DNA of 64,000 bases from Callorhinchus milii (lineage: Eukaryota), in contig NW_024704743.1 of NCBI RefSeq assembly GCF_018977255.1, positions 34,474,001 through 34,538,000 on the forward strand. The letters run 5' to 3'. Under the pieces are notes generated by a model. It searched no databases, was not told the DNA's origin, and was given only the letters and a program-made list of their open reading frames with translations. Of this stretch, positions 48,965 to 61,307 are shown in pieces. The number at the start of each line of letters is the position of its first letter. The first letter of the stretch is position 1. Position numbers and translations under genes: made by a program.

Positions 48965-50156
48965 TGCGACCACATCGATGTTTGACCACTCTATCTTCCT
49001 CCATTGCCTCTCCTTTCACCTCAACCTTCATAGTTCTGTCCATGAGTAGTTCAGATGCTACCTGTCACACTGTCTCCACTTCATCGCCACAAACGGTTTC
49101 TCCTCTAGCCCCCGCATCGTCCTGTGCGGAATTCCTCAGCTCTGTCCTTGGTCTCCTCCTCTTCAATATCTATATTCTCCCTCTTGGTGACATCATCGGC
49201 AGATACAAATTTCCACATGTATGCAGATGACACCCAACTCTATCTCTCTGCCTCCACCCTCAACTCCAAATCCACTACTGTCCTGACATCAGTCCTGGAT
49301 GAGAGCTAACTTTCTACAGTTGAATGTCAACAAGAACAAGGTCCTCCTGATTGGCTCCCGTCAGTGCCTCCACACCTCAAGTACTGACAGCATCACCATC
49401 CAAGGATGTACACTTCACCTTACTAAGCCAATCTGGAACCTCGTTGTTTTCTTTGACCCTCAACTATCCGTGTCATGTCCCGCTCTGACCCCCCCCCCCG
49501 CCCCCCCCATACCAACACCTCAACATCGCCAGGCTCCACCACTGGCTCACACCGCAGGTCGCCAACACCCCGATACACGCATCCATAACATCCAGGCTTG
49601 ACTACACAAACTTCCTGCTTGTCGGCCTCCCCAACTCCTCTCTCCATAGGCTATAGATCATCCAGAACTCGGCAGTCCATATCCTCTCCTGCACCAGGTT
49701 CCGCAAAATTATCACAACCATCCTCGCCCGACTCCATTGGCTTCCCATCACACAGAGGATACAGTTCAAGATGCTGGTCCTCACCTTCAAAGCCCTCCAT
49801 GGCCTTGCTCCCCCTACCTCCATGACCTTCTAAACCCTTCCGCTCAGCGGACTCCGGCCTGCTGAACGTCCCCTGCCTTGACCGTCACACCATAGGCAGG
49901 CAGGCCTCCTCTGCCCCCACCCTCTGGAACTCCGTCCCGCAGTCCCTCCGCCTTGCCCCCCTCCCTTGCCTCCTTCAAGACACATCTCAAGACCATCCTC
50001 TTCGACGTGCTTTCGGTCACCCTCCTTCTCCCCACGGCTCTCCACCCTCCCCAACCCCGACCCTCAGCTCGGGTCCGAAACACTGATTGTCCAGCACCTT
50101 GGTACGTCCTCCCGACTTGAAAGACACTACACAAATGTAATTTTGTTGTTGTTGTT
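48965..50156 (+). mobile_element. Decayed L2 LINE fragment
   Basis: [28 protein letters not shown] remnants; (GTT)n tail. Confidence 0.9.
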
Positions 50157-52194
50157 TTGGGGCCTCAGGTTCTTGCAAGATAGTTAGAAAGGGAAGATGA
50201 ATATTTTTGATTTTTTTTAAAGAAAGTTACACTGTAGTGAGTGTCTTCTTTATACTGGGATGGAGAATGACAAGCGTAACTTTGCTGTGATAACATTATA
50301 ACAATAATTATTATTTAATAACAATAAAACTAATAACACAACAATAATTAATCCTTACATTTGATATATATATATATAGCACGTTTGAAGTCATGAGGAT
50401 GTCTCAAAGTGCTTCACTATAGAGTGCAGTCACTGTATTTTTTGGGGGCTAACGCTTATCACCATGTTGTTTGTTGATTACTCACTGTTGATTTTGTCTC
50501 TCATTGTTCTGGTAACAGGTCCTCCACTTTGACCAAGTAGCTGATCTCCACTCTGGATTCCCGACACGGCAATCTGACATCAACAAAGCTGGTGCTCTGT
50601 CAGTGCTGAAAACCACCAAATGGTTGTATAGAGAAAAAAACTTTAATTTCCTTGAAGTGAGATGAAGGTTATAATGGAGATGTTGGAGCAGGATGGCAAA
50701 GCATCAGTTGCCTCACACTGTTGGCATTAGATATTTCAACTTGCTTGTTACTTATAAATTTAGTGTGTTCAACAATTTTCTTCCAATTGCTCTCTTCTCC
50801 TGGTCACGTCTCCTCAGATTGGGATGTAGTTCTACAGGTGCTGGTTGTCCACCAGACCCTGATCAAGAGGCCATTGTTAATGTGTGAGCCTTGGCAGTGA
50901 ATGCCAGCAGTCACTTGACTGTAAAGGGTGTCAAAGAAAAGCATGACCTCTAGTCACCTGGCTACCACAGACGTGCACAACCAATACAAACACCAAGAGC
51001 AGGAACTTGGCTGGTTTCCTCCTCACTAACCTTGAGAAAGTTGGGGGACAATTTAACTTCCACATTTAGACCTTTCAGTCAGTTAGCTGCAGCTTCTATC
51101 CATTTACATCATCAGCGCCAACCAGCAGCAATTCTGGGTAGTAGCAACTCTTAGACCATGCAAAGGGATAATAATAATCCTTGCATATAGTGCCTTATCA
51201 GGTCTTCGAGACATCTCAAAGCGCTTCCCAGAATATACAACAACAACAACAAGATTCCATTTATAGAGCGCCTTTCACGTCGGGAGGACGTCCCAAAGCG
51301 CTGGCAGTTGGGTCAGGACCCGAGCAGGGGGGAAATGGTCAGGGTGAGGGGAGGAAAGGGAGGGACCGAGGAGGGGGAAAATGGTCAGGGTGAGGGGAGG
51401 AAAGGGAGGGAGCCAGGAGGGGGGGAAATGGTCAGGGTGAGGGGAGGGAACGAGGAGGGGAAAATGGTCATGGTGAGGGGAGGTAAGGGAGGGGGCGAGG
51501 AGGGGGTAGAGAGTTTAGAGGGGAGCTGAAGGCACGGTCAAAGAGAAAGGTCTTGAGACCTGCCTTGAAGGAGGAAAGGGAGGAGGCAGCGAAGGCACCG
51601 GGGGATAGAGTTCCAGAACCTAGGGGCTGAGAGGCTGAAGGCCTGGCCACCGATGGTAGGGCGGTTGGGGCGGCGGATGTGGAGCAGACCGGAGCCAGAG
51701 GAACGGAGGGTACGGGCAGGTAGATAGGGGGATAGTAGGTCAGAGAGGTAGGAGGGATCAAAGCCGTGAATGGCCTTGTAGGCAAGGATGAGGATCTTGA
51801 ATTCAATCCTCTGGGGGATGGGGAGCCAGTGGAGGCGAGCGAGGGTGGAAGTGATGTGGTCGCATATACTGTAAAGACAACTGACTGTATAGTTTGTGGG
51901 CAAAATGCTGCAGCCAATTGCTCACAGCAGTGTCCCACAAACAGTCATGAATTGAGTAACAAAATTATTATTTTTTTTGGAAGGGATTTTTACCCCCAGA
52001 ATAGCCATCTGCCAACCGACTAACAACTGGATTGCTACGTACTGCTAGGTAAACAGAGACATGGGGAGCAAGAAAACTTTCCTAAGGTTTCTTAGGACTC
52101 CAGAATGGCTATTTTGTGGTGATCTATGGTGCTCCTTCGTGGAACAGAACCTGCATAGATCATCAATTGTTTTTTTCCGAAAAGGCAAAATATT
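49502..52194 (+). repeat. Segmental duplication, copy 1 (visible part)
   Basis: Colinear with 61308-64000 at an offset of about 11806, including non-LINE sequence. Confidence 0.96.
51168..52102 (-). mobile_element. CORE-type SINE interrupted by an L2 3' fragment (51239-51863)
   Basis: SINE tail at 51168-51238 resumes at 51864; ATATAC repeated at 51233-51238 and 51864-51869. Confidence 0.85.
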
Positions 52195-52732
52195 TGTACT
52201 TTCATTTCTTCAAAATTGAAACTTATAGAAACTTGCCTTCATTCTGGTCCTCCACTCATTTATTGATCTCCTCCTTTGCCTTATAAATATACAGTCAATT
52301 CACTTCACAGTATATTCCGTGAAGCGCTCTTGAGACATCTAGAAGATGTGAAAAGCGTTATATCAAAATGCAAGGATTATTATTATTATCTGCAGCACTT
52401 AGAAAATTAAATGAAAAGAGGTTCGCTCCATACAACTTAGCAGAGGATTGAATGAACATCTGCATAATAGAGATAAGCAATGTCAGGGAGTACTGTTCAA
52501 TTCGGAATAATAGCAAGATCTTAAGAGCATTTATAATTGCAGTGGAAGGGGCTTAATTTGGGCAGCCATTTGTCCGCCTTAAGCGGCGTCCAAGGCTAAC
52601 CAAAGTTCTCTTCCTGCCCAGAACGAGGAATGGCGCCGGGGATTCCTCCCTCCCATTGCTGTTCCCATTGGTCAGGAAGTGGAAAAATTAGCGATAGCTC
52701 CGAGGTGATGACCGTCTGGAGCACGCCATCCA

Positions 52733-53143
52733 GTCCCAAGACCGGTCCCAAGACCGGTCCCAAGACCGGTCCCAAGACCGGTCCCAAGACCGGTCCCAAG
52801 ACCGGTCCCAAGACCGGTCCCAAGACCGGTCCCAAGACCGGTCCCAAGACCGGTCCCAAGACCGGTCCCAAGACCGGTCCCAAGACCGGTCCCAAGACCG
52901 GTCCCAAGACCGGTCCCAAGACCGGTCCCAAGACTGGTCCCAAGACTGGTCCCAAGACTGGTCCCAAGACTGGTCCCAAGACTGGTCCCAAGACTGGTCC
53001 CAAGACTGGTCCCAAGACGGTCCCAAGACCGGTCCCAAGACCGGTCCCAAGACGGTCCCAAGACCGGTCCCAAGACCGGTCCCAAGACCGGTCCCAAGAC
53101 CGGTCCCAAGACCGGTCCCAAGACTGGTCCCAAGACTGGTCCC
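52733..53143. repeat. Minisatellite, 12-bp unit GGTCCCAAGAC(C/T), about 34 copies
   Basis: Read directly; blocks of ACC and ACT variants and two 11-bp units. Confidence 0.98.
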
Positions 53144-54039
53144 CAGTTACATTAAGAGATAAAGAAAACAATCAATGAAGTATGGCCACTCAAATCATTC
53201 TTATTTCTTTTTCCATATGGTGCTGCACAAATGCTGTATACGAGTCATATCTGTACCACGGTCCATATATATGCAATTGTTGTCCTGACATGGAGCTTGA
53301 ACTCACAATCTTCTCTTAAGAACTATAGAAAATCCGTTTCAAATTTAAAACTGAATTAAACAACCTGCCAAATTATGAAATGTTAGGGAAATAGAGTAAA
53401 TAGACTTGGGTGCAATTTCTTCCCACATAACTTGCAGAGAGCCTCCTCCCTGAATCTTGCTTTGCAAAACTCTTGTTCAGCTATCATCATGTTCAATATT
53501 GATAGAGTTTGAATGGCTTGAAATGAAGTGTGAAAAGATCATTAATGCAAGATCTGCCAAATGTTCAAAAGACAGTTTTTCTTTACTCAAATAGAGGAAC
53601 GAGGGCTTGAATCTTCCTTTGCTTATTGTTTAGTCAGATCAAGTAATAACTCAGGTAAGGCACTACTGTTATATGTCCAGTAGAGAGAGCCCTAAACACA
53701 TGTTTACAAAATAGTGCCAAAAGCTGTTTTATAGCAGTTAAAATAAGCACTTTATATAGAATTGCTGAAAATGACCTTTTATAGGTCAACAGAACTTTCT
53801 GATGCAGTGAAGAGAAACACACTTTTATATAAGAAGTTTTGTTTAAAGAGAAAATAAGCTTTATCTTAAGCCAAGTGACAGTATGAATGCATTAAAGTGA
53901 AAACAGTACAGTGGGCTCTTTGATGTTATTAATGAGACTAACTCAGATGATAAGGTGTAGACAGTGGTTTTCAAGAGCGCATAAATTTCTACTTCAGATG
54001 ATTAATGGAAATTAAAAGTGGTTTACTAGTGTCTTCACC

Positions 54040-55243
54040 TTGTAATATAAATCAACCAGAATAAATCCGAGCCAAGTATTCTGAATATAAATAGGGCTAA
54101 TTTTGTAGGTATGAGGAAAGATTTAGGTAAAATAGACTGGAGAATAAGATTAAGAGGTAAAAATGTTGACCAACAGTGGCAAATATTTAAGGATGTAGTG
54201 CAAAATTCTCAGCGGTCGCATATTCCCTTGCGGAATAAGAGTACCACAGGGAAAGCAATTCATCCATGGCTAACTACAGCAAAATAAAACCAAAAATCTC
54301 ATTAAGAGCGAGAAAAAGGAGGATGAGGGTAAGCTAGCTAGGAACATTAAGACTGACTGTACAAATATATTAAGAGGAATAGGCTAGTGAGGGTAAATGT
54401 AGGTCCACTTCAGTCAGAGACGGGAGAAGTTGTAATGGGGGACAGACAAGGACATGGCAGAGTCCCTGAATGGGTACTTTGCATCTGTCTTCACCCTAGA
54501 AGACACAACAGGGCTGCCAAGAATAGAGATGCACCAACGGGATAAGGACAGGGAGCAACTGGGGTGAAATTTTCATTAGTAGAGAATTGGTGCTAGAGAA
54601 ATTGTTAGCACAAAAAAGTAACAAATTCCCTGGTCCGGATGGCTTGCATCCAGGGTTTTAAAAGAGGTAGTTTATGAGATAGTGGAGGCCTTATGTCTGA
54701 TCTTCCAAAATTCCTTGGATTTTGGAAGAGTCCCCATGGATTGGAAGATTGCAAATGTCACACCACTATTTAAAAAAGGTGGAAAGGAAAAGATGGGAAA
54801 CTATAGGCCAGTAAGTCTCACATCAGTGATAGGAAAAATTTCAGAATCATTGATTAAGGATGTGGTAGTGCGGTATTTAGGGAAGCACAATATAATTAGG
54901 CCAAGTCAACATGGCTTTACAAAAGGGAAGTCATGTTTGACAAATCTCATAGAGTTTTTTGAGGATATTTCGAGTGAACTAGATAAGGGTGAATCAGTAG
55001 ATGTGGTCTATTGGACTTCCAGAAGGCATTCGGTAAGGTGCCGCATAAAAGGTCAGTAAAAAAGATAAGGGCCCATGGAATTGGGAGGTGCATATTAAAG
55101 TGGATTGGAGAATGGTTAATGGGTAGGAAACAAAGAGTAGGGATAAACGGGTCCTTTTCAGATTGGCGGGATGCAACTAATGGAGTGCCACAAGGACCAG
55201 TCCTTGGGCCTCAGCTATTTACCATCTACATCAATGATCTAGG
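54040..55243 (+). mobile_element. CR1 ORF2 fragment (linker to RT), broken after YINDL
   Basis: [63 protein letters not shown]. Confidence 0.92.
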
Positions 55244-55430
55244 TGAGATGAGGTGAAGGGAGTGAGGAAGGAAGTTCCAGAGCCTCGGGGCATAGTGGCT
55301 GAAGGCATGGCCGCCGAGGGTGGAGCGGAGGACGAGGAGGAGGCCAGTCCCGGTCAGAGAGGTACGGGGTGAGAGGAGTGGAGGGATTTGAAGACAAGGG
55401 TGAGGATCTTGAAGTCGATCTTGAAGGAAC
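55244..55430 (-). mobile_element. Short L2 fragment between two CR1 pieces
   Basis: Highly similar to 35330-35535 ([17 protein letters not shown]). Confidence 0.8.
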
Positions 55431-55434
55431 GTGG

Positions 55435-58047
55435 CTCTGGAGAGCCCGACAATAGAATCCATCTGATTAGAGACTGGTTACACTGATTGGGGTTTACTAT
55501 AGACCACCAGACAGCAGGAAGGAGATAGAGGAGCAGATCTGCAACCAGATTGCAGATTGATGTAAGACAAACAGAGTTGTGATAATGGGGGATTTCAATT
55601 ATCCCAATATATTCTGGCAAAATAGCAGCACTAAGGACAAGGCAGGAGAAAGATTCATAGACTGTGTACAGGAAAACTTTCTTGAGCAGTATATCTCCAG
55701 TCCTACAAGGAAGGAAGCATTGCTGGATCTAGTCCTGGGGAATGAAATATGTCAGGTTGAACAGGTTTCTGGAGGGTAGCATCTAGGTAACAGTGACCAT
55801 AATATTATTAGATTTAGATTACTCAAGAACAGGGACAAAGTACAGGGTGAAAATGCTTGACTGGAAAAGGACTAATTTTGATGGGCTAAATAGGAACCTA
55901 GAGGTGGTGGACTGGCAAGTAAGACTAGCAGGTAAAACAACTCATGAGCAATGGGAAATCTTCAAAGATATGGCAGCTCAAGGTCTAAATAGATATATTC
56001 CCACAAATGGGAAATGTGCGACAACCAAGCCAGCCTGGATGACCAGGGATATTCTGTCTTGGATGAAAAAAAGACGGCGTACGACAATTGGAAGACGCAA
56101 GATACTGAGGATAGCAAAACTCATTATAGAGAATGCAGGAGTGATCTTAAAAGAGTGATAAGACAGGCTAAAAGATCGCATGAGAAGAGGTTAGCGGTTA
56201 ACATAAAGGGGAATCCTAAAAAATGTTACAAGCACATAAAGGAAAAAAGGTTAGTTAAAGGTAGGGTGGGACCAATCAAAGACAGTGACTGCAATCTTGT
56301 TGTGGAGGCAGAGGGCATGGCTGATGTACTGAACAAGTACTTTGCATCTGTCTTCACAACGGAAATGGATGCCCCAAATCCCTCAGTATTGGATGAGAGG
56401 GCAGATGAAATAGATCAGATTGCTATAGACAGAGAGGAAGTTCTGAAAAGATTGACTGGGCTCAAAATTGATAAGTCACCAGGACCAGATGGAATTCACC
56501 CAAGGTTGCTGTGGGAGATATGGGTTCAAATAGCGGAGGCTTTGGCCATTATATTTGAATCTTCAATGGACACAGGAGTGTTGCCAAGAGACTGGAGAGT
56601 GGCTAATGTTACCCCCTCTACAAAAAGGGGCAGAAAGACAAACCCGGAAATTACAGGCCAGTCTAACTTCGGTAATAGGAAAACTACTGGAGACCATAAT
56701 CCGGGACAGAATAAATCTCTACTTAGAGGAACATGAGGTAATTAGAGACAGCCAACATGGATTTGTTAAAGGCAAATCTTGCCTAACAAATCAATGAGAA
56801 TTTTTTGAAGAGGTGACTGCGAGGGTTCATGAGGGAAATGCGGTTGATGTTATTTACATGGATTTCAAAAAGGCTTTTGACACAGCACCACATAAGAGAT
56901 TAAAAAAAAANTAGAGGCCCATGGTATTAAGGGAACAATGGCAACTTGGATTAAGAACTGGCTGAGTGACAGAAAGCAGAGGGTGGTGGTTAATGGGTGT
57001 TTCTCGAAATGGAAGGAGGTGTGCAGCGGTGTCCCCCAGGGATCAGTATTGGGACCACTGCTCTTTCTAATATATATTAATGATCTGGACTTGGGCATAG
57101 AGAGCACTATTTCCAAGTTTGCAGATGATACAAAGTTAGGTAGGGTAGTAAGTAATGAGGTGGACTCTAACCAACTGCAAGCAGACATACACAGCATGGT
57201 AGAATTGGCTGACATGTGGCAGATGGATTTCAATGTGGATAAGTGTGAGGTGATACACGTAGGTAGGAAGAATGATAGGAGGCAATATAGACTTGGTAGC
57301 TCAATCTTAAGGGGCGGTGAACGTACAGAGAGATCTGGGTGTTCAAGTAAACAAATCATTAAAGGTAGCGGGACAGGTAGATACGGCAGTAAAAAAGGCA
57401 TTTGGTGTACTGAGCTTTATTAGTAGGGGCATAGAGTATAAGAGTAGGGAGGTTATTGTTAATGTATACAAAGCACTGGTTAGACCTCAGCTGGAGTACT
57501 GCGTCCAGTTCTGGGCACCTTACTTCAGGAAGGACATTAAGGCACTGGAAAAGGTGCAGAGGAGATTCATGAGAATGATACCAGGAATGGTGAACCTTAG
57601 CTATGAGGACAGCTGGAGAAGTTAGGACTTTTCCCATTAGAGCAGAGAAGGTTACGCGGGGACCTGATAGAGGTCTTCAAGATCATGAAAGGTTTTGACA
57701 AGCTAGATAAGGAAAAGCTGTTTCGGCTGGTAGGTGTGTCCGTGACCCGTGGTCACAGTCTTAAGATATCTGCCAAAAGAAGCAAAGGGGAGATTAGAAG
57801 ATTTTTTTCACTCAGCGAGTTGTTCGAATTTGGAATGATTTGCCTGAAAGGGTAGTGATGTCCGATTCAATAACAGCTTTTAAGAGAGAACTGGATAGGT
57901 ATCTGGGGAAGACGGGTTTGAAGGGTTATGGGGAGAAAGCTGGTGATTGGGGTTAGTGAAAGTGACTTGCTCTATCAAAGAGCCGGCACAGACTCGATGG
58001 GCCGAATGGCCTCCTTCTGTGCCATAACATTCTATGAATCTATGAAT
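55435..58047 (+). mobile_element. CR1 LINE, most of ORF2 (APE C-terminus, RT) plus 3'UTR and tail; frameshifted
   Basis: [64 protein letters not shown]; 3'UTR gatgggccgaatggcctccttct and ttctatgaatctatga tail. Confidence 0.95.
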
Positions 58048-60399
58048 AGGTTCCAAGATAGATTCCAAGTTTCAGTTTTTACAGAGGAGCAGACAGGTAA
58101 CCCATCTGATCTGGAAAGAGAACTCAATGATGCCACAGAGGAAATTTGCAATACTATTCATATCACTACCAGCACTACCAGAGCGTACCAGGGGACTGGA
58201 GAAAAGCAGATGTTACTCCTATTTTTAAGTAAGGCAACAAAAGTGACCCAGGAAAGAAGACCACTAAATTTGACCCAGAGCATGGTTTTACAAGGAATGT
58301 CATTAGACAACATGGAAAAATGTAAGCTACTTCACATGGGCAAAAAACAATCCAGGAAGGGACTATTATTTGAATGGAAGGAAATAATATGTTTGTTTAC
58401 TTACCAACATAACTATCCTTTTGTCTTCCAAATCCAATATCAAGAGGTTTGCCAAAGATCTGAAGTAATACAATCATCTGGACTCCAAGCTCTCATGGCT
58501 GTCTGTAAGAGGGCATGGGTCACACCCTCAAACAAAAGGTTTACTTTAAGAAGGGAGCTCTGCACCTTCGCCAGACTTTCCTCTCACATGCTCAAGCTCG
58601 CAGCTTTATACTGGTACTCAATTATCCATAAGAGCTGGTGCCCAATTATCACAAACTCTACTCAAGTCTGATTGGAGTCCAGCCCTTGTTAGCTCCCTTT
58701 AACATAGGTTGATCACCAATAACTACAAAAGGCAGTGACATGGTTTATCCTCCGATCACTTGTGGGACTATTTTCATACAGATGATTGTCCAGTGTGCTT
58801 TAATGCATTTTCCATTGATCAAGATGAGACCAATGTGTCTATAGTTGACAGATGTACCTTTTTCAACTCTCTTGGAATAAACCACCCACATTTACTTGTT
58901 TCCAGTTTATTAGTTGAAATTCTGGTGGACAAGTATTAAAATAATTAATGTCATTTGGCTTTTGTTTTCCCGCCAGATCAGTTGCATTCACATCGTCCGT
59001 AGAACCATCTAGCAAATGGGAATTGGTGCAGCCAATCACAGCCTGGCATACTCAAACCCATTTACAACCGCAACTTGCATTTATATAATACTCTTCAAGT
59101 GAGATGGTACCTTGGAGTGTTTTGGACACACTTTTGCATAGTAATCATCCAATCGATGAAAGTAGAGTAGATATGGTCGAAGAGAAAGATCTTTAAGTTA
59201 GTTAGGGAAGTCAACAATATCAACAATTTCAATGAACAGTTTTGATGAGATAAGCTGACTTTGACTGTAAAGCACCTAAAGTAATCTCGACCCAAAGCAA
59301 ATTTTCTTAAAAATGGCTTCTACAAAAACTTGTCAGCTATTAATCAGTGTTGATCTTAACAAAGAGTAAATTAATGGAATTTACAGAATAAACTAACTCT
59401 TGACTTTACCTCATCCGTTAATAAGAGCCAATTAAGATGTTTACTGTGGAATTTTCGACGCAGGAAAAATGGATGGAATTTCCTGTTACTGTGTGGCCTG
59501 CTCAGATAGGTTGTAGTTAAGAAGGCAACAGTATGTTAGAAAAGACCCTGGTCACTTGTGCATACTCCAATAGTAAATGTTTGGCAGCTTTCCTGTTTGA
59601 TGGTGCACTGGCTACAATCTTATTTACATTATGCATTGGGATTAATAATAATAATAGACATCAATAATCCTGGCGTTTGATATAGCACCTGATCACAAGT
59701 CTCAAATTGTTTCACATTAAAGTTATGTGATTGTGTGTATTTTGTACACAAACAAAGCAGCCTGTGCACAGCGATGTCCCACTAACACCCATGGAGTGTG
59801 TGTCCAATTTTATTTGTGGGTATGTTGCCTCGCACTCCAAGTGAAACGTCCTGCTTTGATCGAGTAGTGCCAGGGGATCTTAAAAGTTCTTTAAACCGTA
59901 GATAAATATGTGTGCGCAACTTGGCAACAATTAAAATTAAATTCAAATCAAATCAGGAAAGATTAACTTCAACATTTTCACACTTTCTAAAAATGCAGCC
60001 GTCATTTGTGAATTTGCAGTGGATTAAAGATGTTAGCACCACAGACACAAATAACAGAATAATTTATGAATCTTCAAGTGGAATATTTTTTCTCTTGATC
60101 AAGAGTTGAGCTAAGGGATAGTGAAGAAGGTAATAATACAATTCAGGATTTTTTTCCATTGCCCAGTGGTCATGGAGTAGAATAGGCAGAAGTTTTGATG
60201 CAGACTGTCCACTCAGTTATTAAATAAACAAGGCAAACACGATGCTGGGCAACAATGTCTAATCATTTCAGATCAAATGGGTCAAAGAGCTTTCTTCACC
60301 TAAAACTTTCTTGTGATTTATTGTATTGTATTTCCAAGTCTGGAGGGAGTTAGATGAAACTTCCACCTTCAAAATGGAAATCTCAGGAGGGAGCCAAAT

Positions 60400-60733
60400 G
60401 ACCTTCCTCTGGCTCCACTCTGATCAGCATCCACCGCCCTAAACGCCCTACCATCGGTGGCCGGGCTTTCAGCCTCTCAACCCCCAGACTCTGGAACTCC
60501 ATCCCCCAGTGCCTTCGCCTTGCCTCCTCCCTTTCCTCCTTCAAGGCCAGTCTCAAGATCTTTCTCTTCAACCGTGCCTTCACCTCTCCTCCCGACTCTC
60601 TACCCCCTCATCGCTCCCTCCCTTCCCTCACACTGACAAATTCCCCCCTACTCGGGTCCCGACCCAACTGTCCAGTGACGTGGGACGTCCTCCCGACGTG
60701 AAAGGCGCTCCATAAATGCAATCTTGTTGTTGT
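60400..60733 (+). mobile_element. L2 3' fragment, followed tail-to-tail by a SINE 3' part (60736-60965, minus)
   Basis: Highly similar to 44215-44550. Confidence 0.85.
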
Positions 60734-61307
60734 ACTAATAATAATCCTTGCATTGGATATCACGCCTCATTACATCATTGAAACGAGTCAAAATGCTTCA
60801 CAGAATATATCGTAAAGAGGATTGGCTGTATTTTGTGTGCGAGACACGGCAGCCAATTATTCACAGCGGTATTCCGCAAACAGCTGTGGGTTGAGTGACA
60901 ACATTTTTGGAGTACAAGATATTATTACCCCCGGAAAGCAATCTGCCAGTCACCTAACTAACAATCTCACGAAAAATAAATTTTACCCTCATTGGTGCCC
61001 TGGCTGTATATTCGATGGAAGAATGACTAAGTCAGAGGGAATTGGACTTTATATTCCGAGTAACTGAATTCAATGCAGTTCTTGGATGTGTGGTGTTCCA
61101 TCCATCTACAATAGATATCCACAATAATCTTGTTACTGAATTTAAACAGGTTGAGATTGTGAAGGTAAAATGCCATCTCTCTTGTTACCAAGGTTTATAC
61201 TCAATTTATTTGAAATCTAATTGATTTGAAATGCCATTCCTATGCCTAGCAAAGAAGCATTTCATGCCATGGTACTAGTATTTTACAGATTGGGCCCAAG
61301 ATTGGGG

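Noticed and set aside
50693..50887. 64-aa ORF present twice (also 62498-62692)
   Set aside because: The match comes from the recent segmental duplication, not from selection; no homology recognised.
52596..53178. Long ORFs (PKTG)n, (GPVL)n, (SWDR)n and a possible CRISPR-like array
   Set aside because: A stop-free 12-bp tandem repeat produces these ORFs; there are no unique spacers, no cas genes, and the DNA is vertebrate.
54682..57625. Reverse-transcriptase ORFs as an active element or domesticated gene
   Set aside because: They are fragmented by frameshifts and stops, come from two different CR1 copies, and lack ORF1.
57928..58671. 247-aa plus-strand ORF
   Set aside because: It starts in a CR1 3'UTR and crosses degenerate repeat remnants; no coherent domain.
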